A stretch of DNA of 32,000 bases. Origin: Promethearchaeota archaeon (GTDB lineage Archaea > Asgardarchaeota > Lokiarchaeia > Sigyniarchaeales > Promethearchaeaceae). The translations under genes were made by a program, and so were the position numbers. This document shows positions 8,502 through 15,763 of the stretch, piece after piece. The first letter of the stretch is position 1; each line of letters starts with the position of its first letter. A model generated the notes under the pieces. The model was not told where the DNA came from and did not search any database. It saw only the letters and a program-made list of their open reading frames with translations. The stretch lies in the NCBI GenBank assembly GCA_016933055.1, contig JAFGBS010000008.1:60001-92000 (forward strand), written 5' to 3'.

Positions 8502-10967
8502 ATGGCATCAGAATCAGAACTCAAGGATATGAGCAAAGAAAACGATTTATTACTAAGTGTGCAAGATCTTCATACATATTTCTATACAGAAGAAGGGACA
8601 GTGAAAGCTGTTGATGGAGTATCGTTTGATATAAAACGAGATGAGATTCTCGGATTGGTAGGAGAAACTGGATGTGGAAAATCCGTATCGGCACTCTCGA
8701 TTTTAAAACTGATACGCTATCCTGGGAAGATCCTAAGCGGAAAAATCATGTTTGAAGGAAGGGATTTAGTTCCTTTGACTGAGGAACAAATTCGCAGAAT
8801 TCGAGGGAATGACATTACCATGATTTTCCAAGATCCACTAAACTCGTTAAATCCCGTTCTTAAAGTTGGATATCAAATTTCTGAAGTGTATCTACTCCAT
8901 CAAAGGGATGTTCTGCAAAGAAAATTAGACTACGCAAGGACCCACAACACTGAAAATCGCATCAAATTACAAAAATATACAACATTGAATGATTATTATA
9001 AAAAATACGAGAAGAAACCGATTGATGTTGATGAAATCTTTTCAGTCGTCTTTAAAAATGCCAAACCTATTTCTGAATTACAAGAGTCTTTAGCAGATAA
9101 TGAGACATATCTAGCTGTTCAAAACGCACGAAAGGAATTCGAAACTGAGATTAAGGAAAAAATTCGAGATCTTCATGAACAAGTCAATCAAATACCTCTA
9201 CAGGATGCAGAACTAAATTTCATCATTTCAAAGATCCGTATTGCTCCTCAAAAAATCCGAAAATTAGATATGAAAATTCTTTCTCGGGAAATTAAGATTT
9301 TGATCAAGGAACTCGATCCAAAAGCTATTATTCGGATAAAAGAGGAACAAGAAGAAGGCGAATTAAGTGATTTAGAGCGGGAACAAATTATTGAAGAGCT
9401 CACACGATCTAGAGAGCAATTGCATGAATTAGAATCATCTCTCAAGGCATTTTGGAACGAGATGAGTCAGTATGATAAACTAGTCAAAGAAGCAGACAAA
9501 GAAGAAGAACGAAGAACCAAACTGGAACATGAATTAGATTTATTCATTCACCAAAGCAAACTGCGGACGGATCTCATTCTTCGATATATGCAAGTACTTG
9601 ATCTTGATGAACCCATGATCAATCGTTTTGAAAAAGAATTCGAAGAATTGCATCATACAACCGAAGAGGAACTATTCACCCGCAAAAAAGAAGTATTATT
9701 GAATGAAATTTCCAACCTAAATGTAATCGAAAAAGTTACCGCGTTGCTTAACGAATATCAAGAAATTACAAAATTGGAGAGTAGTCGACAAGCAATCCAA
9801 GAAGAAATTGAAGAAATTCGGGTAGAGGAAAGCCAGAAGGTATTAGAAAAAAAGAAGGGTCGGGCGAAAATAAAATATCGTAAACTTCGGAAAGAACATG
9901 AGGAAGTCTCCCGAGATTTTTATGATAAATACTATGAGCATGAAGATGTTATAGGATTAAAAAGAATAGGTTTTAAAGTGGATGAAGACGATTTTCAAGA
10001 GTTGGAATATGTTTTAGAGGAACTCAAACGACAGCAAACTCAGCTATATCGTGAAATAGATGCATTAAAATGGGATATAAAAACAGAATTTGAAGATGTA
10101 CGAAAGGTCGACACTTCTAATTTTCCACCAAAAGTTACTGAAAAAATTAATCAACTCCAACAAAAAGTAGATTCCGTCCGAGTAAACAAACAACGTAAGG
10201 AAGTCCTATATGAACAACTCAAACCACTGATTCAATATCGAGAGGATATTAAAAGTGAGATTGAAGAACTGAAAGTGCTAGTGCGTAAAAGAATCAAATT
10301 AATGGATATTGCGTTGGAAGAATCCTCGAAAATCGTGAAAGCAGTGGGGATAGCAGATAGTCGGAGAATACTCGATCGATATCCCCATGAGTTATCAGGT
10401 GGAATGCGTCAGAGAATTATGATCTCTATGGGTTTAGCATGTCAATCCAAGCTGCTTATCTGTGATGAGCCGACTACTGCTTTGGATGTTACCATTCAAG
10501 CACAAATTTTGGAATTAATTCGAGGATTGAAAAAACGTTTGCATAATTCGGTACTGTTCATTACTCATAACTTGGGTGTTATTTATGAATTATGTGATAA
10601 AGTAGCGGTTATGTATGCGGGAAACATTGTAGAGTACGGTGAAAAGCAATCATTATTCGACAATCCTATGCATCCCTACACCCATGGATTACTGGGAGCA
10701 ATCCCGCGAGTTAAACCGCGCGATCGTCATCAAAAATTAGCCATCATCCCGGGTATGGTTCCAAACTTAATATTTCCACTACCGGGTTGTAGATTCCATC
10801 CACGATGTGAGCATGCAATGGAAATATGCAGAAAAATCCGGCCAGAATTGATTAAACAACCAAATGGGAACTCGGTTGCGTGCTGGCTATTTGAAAAAGA
10901 TCAAGATAAATATGAACCCGGTTCCTTTAAAAAACTAGGGGATGAATTCAAAGAGGAGATAGTGTAA
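8502..10967 (+). CDS. oppD: Oligopeptide/dipeptide ABC ATPase OppD/DppD with about 460-aa coiled-coil insertion
   Basis: Walker A GETGCGKS (aa 54-61), Q-loop IFQDP, signature LSGGMRQR (aa 631), Walker B/D-loop ICDEPTTALD, H-loop FITHNL, and C-terminal HPYT plus GCRFHPRC..C..VAC. It is 821 aa versus about 330-350 for typical DppD. Confidence 0.93.
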   Translation: MASESELKDMSKENDLLLSVQDLHTYFYTEEGTVKAVDGVSFDIKRDEILGLVGETGCGKSVSALSILKLIRYPGKILSGKIMFEGRDLVPLTEEQIRRIRGNDITMIFQDPLNSLNPVLKVGYQISEVYLLHQRDVLQRKLDYARTHNTENRIKLQKYTTLNDYYKKYEKKPIDVDEIFSVVFKNAKPISELQESLADNETYLAVQNARKEFETEIKEKIRDLHEQVNQIPLQDAELNFIISKIRIAPQKIRKLDMKILSREIKILIKELDPKAIIRIKEEQEEGELSDLEREQIIEELTRSREQLHELESSLKAFWNEMSQYDKLVKEADKEEERRTKLEHELDLFIHQSKLRTDLILRYMQVLDLDEPMINRFEKEFEELHHTTEEELFTRKKEVLLNEISNLNVIEKVTALLNEYQEITKLESSRQAIQEEIEEIRVEESQKVLEKKKGRAKIKYRKLRKEHEEVSRDFYDKYYEHEDVIGLKRIGFKVDEDDFQELEYVLEELKRQQTQLYREIDALKWDIKTEFEDVRKVDTSNFPPKVTEKINQLQQKVDSVRVNKQRKEVLYEQLKPLIQYREDIKSEIEELKVLVRKRIKLMDIALEESSKIVKAVGIADSRRILDRYPHELSGGMRQRIMISMGLACQSKLLICDEPTTALDVTIQAQILELIRGLKKRLHNSVLFITHNLGVIYELCDKVAVMYAGNIVEYGEKQSLFDNPMHPYTHGLLGAIPRVKPRDRHQKLAIIPGMVPNLIFPLPGCRFHPRCEHAMEICRKIRPELIKQPNGNSVACWLFEKDQDKYEPGSFKKLGDEFKEEIV

Positions 10968-12001
10968 TGACTGAAGAAATCTACACCCAAACGGAAACTT
11001 TACCTTCAAAATCTGTTCCAAGTAAAAAGAAAGATCCAGTAATATTTTTGGATAATGTAAGTATCAGTTATCCCGTATTTGGTGGTATATTCCAAAGACA
11101 GATCGGTGAAGTAAAAGCGGTACAAAATGTCACATTAGAAATTTATCCTGGAGAAACTCTAGGATTAGTAGGAGAAAGTGGGTGCGGTAAAACAACCATT
11201 GGCAAGGGTATTCTTGGATTAGTTCCAATAAAAACTGGTCAAATTTTTTACCGTAATAGCCGAATTGACGAGGGTTTAAATCAAAAAGTGCGTCAAAAGG
11301 TACAAATGGTATTCCAAGATCCTGATGCGTCTTTAAATCCACGGATGAAAATCGTTGATATCATTGGAGAACCATTGCGTAATTTGATGGGTATGACCAA
11401 AAAATTGGAAATGCGCCGAGAAGTACTGAATTTACTGGAGCAAGTATCTCTGAAACGAGAGCACTTAGATCGATATCCTCATGAATTTTCGGGTGGTCAA
11501 AAACAAAGAATAGTTATAGCACGAGCCTTAGCTTGCAATCCTGACATAATTGTACTGGATGAGCCTACTTCTGCCTTAGATGTGAGTGTACAGAGTCAAA
11601 TTCTGAATTTATTAGAGGACTTACAACAAGAATTTGATTTAGCTTATCTCTTTATTACCCATGATCTTTCCGTAATTCATCATGTTGGTTCAAATGTAGC
11701 AGTTATGTATCTAGGTCATATCGTTGAAAAGGGAAATATTTCTGATATATTCTATAATCCAAAACATCCGTATTCACAGGCCTTACTTTCAGCACGACCT
11801 GCAGTCAATCAAGAGGAAAAACAAAAACAAATTATATTAAAAGGAGAAGTACCTTCCCCTGTGAATCCCCCCAGTGGCTGTCCTTTCCATCCGCGTTGTT
11901 TTGCACGTACAGATGATATGCCATGTATAGAAGAATTTCCATCTATGATTAAGCTCAGTGATACTCATTCAGTAGCATGCCATCTGTATACCGAAGAATA
12001 A
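10967..12001 (+). CDS. oppF: Oligopeptide/dipeptide ABC ATPase OppF/DppF
   Basis: GESGCGKTT, VFQDP, FSGGQKQR, VLDEPTSALD, FITHDL, HPYS and GCPFHPRC. The start overlaps the oppD stop (TAATG). Confidence 0.95.
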   Translation: MTEEIYTQTETLPSKSVPSKKKDPVIFLDNVSISYPVFGGIFQRQIGEVKAVQNVTLEIYPGETLGLVGESGCGKTTIGKGILGLVPIKTGQIFYRNSRIDEGLNQKVRQKVQMVFQDPDASLNPRMKIVDIIGEPLRNLMGMTKKLEMRREVLNLLEQVSLKREHLDRYPHEFSGGQKQRIVIARALACNPDIIVLDEPTSALDVSVQSQILNLLEDLQQEFDLAYLFITHDLSVIHHVGSNVAVMYLGHIVEKGNISDIFYNPKHPYSQALLSARPAVNQEEKQKQIILKGEVPSPVNPPSGCPFHPRCFARTDDMPCIEEFPSMIKLSDTHSVACHLYTEE

Positions 12002-12007
12002 CTTATG

Positions 12008-12030
12008 TTCTTTTTTTCCAACCTTTTTTC
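12008..12030 (+). terminator. Oligo-T terminator of the opp operon
   Basis: T7 (12011-12017) and T6 (12024-12029) runs immediately after the oppF stop. Confidence 0.55.
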
Positions 12031-12349
12031 TCTACCTTGATAACCGTTAACCAACATCGTTATGCAAAAAATTTGACAATAGATCTTGTAATTGAAGATA
12101 TCATTTGAAACATACTAGAATAGTTTTTCAATCTATTTAATCCAAAATTGGAATTCTTCCAAAAATGTTCTTAGAATATATATTACAGCATGTGTATAAG
12201 TATATTTAAGAGATAGGCTTCGGTTTTGTTTAAAAACAGTATTTCGATGAAGTTAATAATAAATCTTCTTGCCGAAGATCAATTTTCGATCAAAATATTT
12301 TTCTGAATATCACCGATGTAACATCTACGTGATATTACCTATCACTATA

Positions 12350-12357
12350 TTTATAAA
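12350..12357 (+). promoter_or_regulatory. TATA box candidate for the GNAT-like gene
   Basis: Perfect TTTATAAA about 110 bp upstream of ATG 12470. Confidence 0.4.
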
Positions 12358-12469
12358 GGTTAACCGAAATGGATCTTACGGGTAATTAAATATATTGTTG
12401 TGTGAACTATAGTACGATTGATGGAACCTATGGTACAAAACATCACCAACATGGGAACGGGTCATAAAA

Positions 12470-13702
12470 ATGCAATATCCAGAACGTGCTACTGTAGATC
12501 GAGAGGAAAATGCCCTGCTTAATCTTCTAAAGAAGAAGAGAATACCCTCAAATGTTGAGGAGTTTTTGTCTCAACAAGAAACTAATTTCACACGTAATGT
12601 CTTTAAACTCGCTCCCCCTGCTCGCATTGCAAATGAAAACGATGCGGAACAAATAGTTAAAGTGAATAATAATGTCTACAAAGGACATTATCCCTATCGA
12701 GATTTATTGGATGTCGAATATGTGCGGGAATTTGCTTCTGATGCAAATAAGGGTATAATAGGAGTCTATGATACCATAGATTCTACTAGGGAAGTAGGGG
12801 GATTTCTCATGCTTTCTGTGAATCGAGATTTACGCAAAGGAACTTTTCGAGGATTAATGGTGGATCCACGATTCAGAAATAAGATACATGTGAAAGATCG
12901 AGGATTTGAAACCGTTTATGAAGCATATTCGAAATATTATCAGGATGTAGAATTGTGGTTTGGAGAAACCCGAACTGCACATATATTGGGTCAAAAATGG
13001 ATGGAAGAATGTGGAAGTAGACCTTGTGCCTTTCTCCCGAACAAGGATATTTTTTTTGGAGATGGTAAGCGTGAATCTGACGTACTGGAAATAGTTTTCA
13101 ACCAGAAAGCCTTGTACCAGTATCGAAATGCACATCCCCGATTATTACCTCATTTCAAATCGTTATATAACCATATTGCTTATTATTATGATTTACCGAG
13201 AGTTGATTTTACTACCTCAAATTTCTCTGTATCATCGACCTTTCTGAGGGAAGCTCAACAGATTGCAGATTCTTGCAAACTCGGCAAAAAACAAGGAAAA
13301 TACGGGACCTACACACTCATTATTCGTACACCCCATCATTCCAGATTAGAATTTCTAGTGAATGAATCAATTTGCACTGCAGAACAAGCTTTCTTGACCA
13401 CTACAAATACCTTAGAACTGGGGGCTATGCTAGTGTATCTGAAATCTATGATGGAACACCAGCATCTTGATTATTTTGAGATTTATATTCCCGCTATTAA
13501 CGTGGAGCAACAACAACTTTTTTTGGACTTGGGTTTTTCCTGTTTTGGATACGCTCCGGCATGGCAGCGTGAAAAAAATCTATTACATGATTGTTTATTA
13601 TTTGGTTTATTTAGAACTCCCATAGATTGGAATAATACTTACCTATCTGATTTTTCATCTGCTTTAGTAGGAGAAATCAAACCCTTTTTAAGAGTAATCT
13701 AA
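12470..13702 (+). CDS. Tandem GNAT-fold putative acyltransferase
   Basis: 410 aa. First-domain signatures RIANENDAEQIVKV..VYKGHYPY, RGLMVDPRFRNK and ETRTAH..QK. Second-domain signature EIYIPAIN..QQLFLDLGFSCFGYAP. Confidence 0.6.
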   Translation: MQYPERATVDREENALLNLLKKKRIPSNVEEFLSQQETNFTRNVFKLAPPARIANENDAEQIVKVNNNVYKGHYPYRDLLDVEYVREFASDANKGIIGVYDTIDSTREVGGFLMLSVNRDLRKGTFRGLMVDPRFRNKIHVKDRGFETVYEAYSKYYQDVELWFGETRTAHILGQKWMEECGSRPCAFLPNKDIFFGDGKRESDVLEIVFNQKALYQYRNAHPRLLPHFKSLYNHIAYYYDLPRVDFTTSNFSVSSTFLREAQQIADSCKLGKKQGKYGTYTLIIRTPHHSRLEFLVNESICTAEQAFLTTTNTLELGAMLVYLKSMMEHQHLDYFEIYIPAINVEQQQLFLDLGFSCFGYAPAWQREKNLLHDCLLFGLFRTPIDWNNTYLSDFSSALVGEIKPFLRVI

Positions 13703-13723
13703 AAATTTTCAAACTATCTTGAT

Positions 13724-14227
13724 TCAAACTATGTATGAAGTACTGGATCGGTCAAATCCCCTTACATAATAAATCGCAGGATCAGTAGATGGTTCCCAGC
13801 CATAGGAAGCGGTTTGAATATAGGGGAGGAATTGTGCCATATCCCGACCCATTTTCGTAACTAAATGATCAATTCCAAATGACTTTATGCAAATTTCATA
13901 TGTCATTTCGCGACATTTCCCCTCATCTACAATACCTAATGAATGAATATACTCGTGGAGTAAAATTACGAATTCATATGGTTTCAAAAGAGAGGGATTG
14001 TGTTGTTTAATGTACTCAATAGGACGGGAATTCATAATTATACCATTGGATGAAATAACATGGTAACCCCCGATCCATTGATGCCTTCCGGCACCTAGAT
14101 CTGCTAACCCCAGCATAATTCCTGAACGTCGTCCTTTTTTTATCTCATATACTGCTTTTTTTACTATCTCAAAAATATCAGATAGATTTTTCGCTTTCTC
14201 CAATCGTGTTGCAAAATCCATTAACAT
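13724..14227 (-). CDS. Small archaeal HExxH (zincin-like) putative metalloprotein
   Basis: 167 aa containing VILLHEYIHSLG followed by a downstream acidic residue (DEG). Confidence 0.65.
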   Translation of the reverse strand: MLMDFATRLEKAKNLSDIFEIVKKAVYEIKKGRRSGIMLGLADLGAGRHQWIGGYHVISSNGIIMNSRPIEYIKQHNPSLLKPYEFVILLHEYIHSLGIVDEGKCREMTYEICIKSFGIDHLVTKMGRDMAQFLPYIQTASYGWEPSTDPAIYYVRGFDRSSTSYIV

Positions 14228-14279
14228 GATCTCTTAATGAAAAATGGCATTTTAGCGTAAGGATTTTAGATTAAAACCA

Positions 14280-14879
14280 TTATACCAGTAATTCTAGTAA
14301 ATAATCAATTAATTCTTCTGCTCTCTTTTGAATTTTAGGTGAAAGATTAAATTCATAAAACGGTAAATCAGGATTTTTTTCGTAATCATCTAGAGAATAG
14401 AACTCAGCTTTGTATTGGACCACATCATTATTATACTCTTGAGAGATTGGTTCTATACCAATTAATATAGAAAAAACTTCTTTAATTGTGGATTTAAGTT
14501 GTGTTATGAATACAGGTAATGGTAAAACATGGGAAGATAAGGGCAACCAATTTATTAATTCATTCTCTTCAGCAATCACAATCCTTCCGGGATGAGAGGG
14601 CTCGGATTTTTTATCAGATTTACATGTATCAATAAGGATAAGTAATTCTGGATTAAATTCTTGGATCTCGGGTTTTCTTTCTACGTAATTCGTTTTTCCA
14701 TTAATTACTTGTATAGTTTTTTTGGGATTTTGAAATTCCAAACGGGATAACAATTCATAAGACACATAGGGTCCGAATCCATCATCTCCCATTCGGTTCT
14801 CTCCGATCCCTAGAAATAGTATTCGGTGATACTTATCAACAAGATCCTTTAAATAACGCTTAATTGCAACTGAAAGCAT
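14280..14879 (-). CDS. Hydrogenase maturation protease (HycI/HybD, peptidase A31) homolog
   Basis: LFLGIGENRMGDDGFGP, LILIDT and LSSHVLPL correspond to the GIGN..GDDG, IIVDA and STH motifs. The Asp/Asp/His metal ligands are retained. Confidence 0.78.
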   Translation of the reverse strand: MLSVAIKRYLKDLVDKYHRILFLGIGENRMGDDGFGPYVSYELLSRLEFQNPKKTIQVINGKTNYVERKPEIQEFNPELLILIDTCKSDKKSEPSHPGRIVIAEENELINWLPLSSHVLPLPVFITQLKSTIKEVFSILIGIEPISQEYNNDVVQYKAEFYSLDDYEKNPDLPFYEFNLSPKIQKRAEELIDYLLELLV

Positions 14880-14991
14880 TTTGCTACACCACCCATATTT
14901 GTATATATATGGTAAACTTTAAGCACGTTCAAAACATTACATGCATGTATCATCACGTTTTTTACTATGAAAAATTTTTGTTTGATTCTTA

Positions 14992-15720
14992 ATGCATAGC
15001 GAGAACCATATTACAACCGAAACTGAACTTTTAGGTATTTTTGATCCGCAAATGGGAATCTGGATGAATTTCACGGATCAGTCTAGACGATTTTATGAAA
15101 AATCCTATTATGGTAGTTTATATACGGAAAAGAAAGAAGCAGTAATGGATTCTTTCCAGTTAGTAGAAGAAAGTTCTGATGGAGTGTTCAAAATTAGAGA
15201 TGATATTGCTCCCGTAGATAAACGACCCGCATATATTTTACTTCATCCGTTAGAAGCACTGTACTTAATGGAGCGTGATAAACTCAAGCTGAATACAATC
15301 TCCACAACTGAAATGACGTTTGATGGTCTATTAGAAGCCACTATGACAAAAGATCCTTATGTGTGGCAAAAATATATCGTTTATCGGGATATAAGGCATC
15401 GTGGATATATTATCAGGGTTGGATATGGAGGTGCCGCCGAATTTCGTGTATTCTCAAGGGGTGCCCGTTTTGCAAAAGATTCAGCAAAATATGTTTTTTT
15501 CATAATTAAAGACGGCATACCTGTCGTTTTAGGCAAATTAGAAAATTTAGTTAACCAAGTATTAGGGGATCGTAAAAGACTGATCCTTGCTATATTTGAT
15601 AAATTAGGGGATTCTACTTTTTATGAATTAGAGCAAGTTACCTTTTCCCCAATCAATACGTTTGAAGATTCGTGGAATCTGAAATCGCCTATAATCAACC
15701 ATGAAGATATTTTGAAATAA
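14992..15720 (+). CDS. endA: tRNA-splicing endonuclease (EndA family) subunit, probably the non-catalytic structural subunit
   Basis: LHPLEALYL N-domain and YIVYRDIRHRGYII..EFRVF..RKRLILAIFD..GD C-domain. It aligns without gaps to the M. jannaschii EndA C-domain as I recall it, with Y115->F154, H125->S164 and K156 retained as K195. Confidence 0.85.
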   Translation: MHSENHITTETELLGIFDPQMGIWMNFTDQSRRFYEKSYYGSLYTEKKEAVMDSFQLVEESSDGVFKIRDDIAPVDKRPAYILLHPLEALYLMERDKLKLNTISTTEMTFDGLLEATMTKDPYVWQKYIVYRDIRHRGYIIRVGYGGAAEFRVFSRGARFAKDSAKYVFFIIKDGIPVVLGKLENLVNQVLGDRKRLILAIFDKLGDSTFYELEQVTFSPINTFEDSWNLKSPIINHEDILK

Positions 15721-15763
15721 TATATACTATATTTATGTATTTACCAAAGAGGAAATTAAGATA

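Noticed and set aside
7424-8536. Antisense ORFs of 189 aa (7424-7993) and 133 aa (8135-8536)
   Set aside because: They lie wholly or almost wholly opposite the well-supported oppC and have no motifs; shadow ORFs.
8904-10292. OppD insertion as an intein, intron or mobile element
   Set aside because: No N-terminal Cys/Ser block, no terminal His-Asn, no LAGLIDADG/HNH motif and no flanking repeats. The frame is continuous and the composition is that of a coiled coil.
8904-10292. OppD as a true SMC/Rad50 gene
   Set aside because: The head is unmistakably DppD-type (IFQDP..LNP, YPHELSGGMRQR, HPYT and Cys tail). It is embedded in an oppBC-F operon and has no zinc hook or hinge.
12421-12522. 33-aa upstream ORF (MEPMVQ...CYCRSRGKCPA) overlapping the GNAT start
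   Set aside because: Short, out of frame and mostly a shadow of the GNAT 5' end. There is no independent evidence of translation.
14938-14949. 12-bp palindrome TACATGCATGTA between hycI-like and endA
   Set aside because: A single occurrence with no similar copy in the window; too weak to call an operator.
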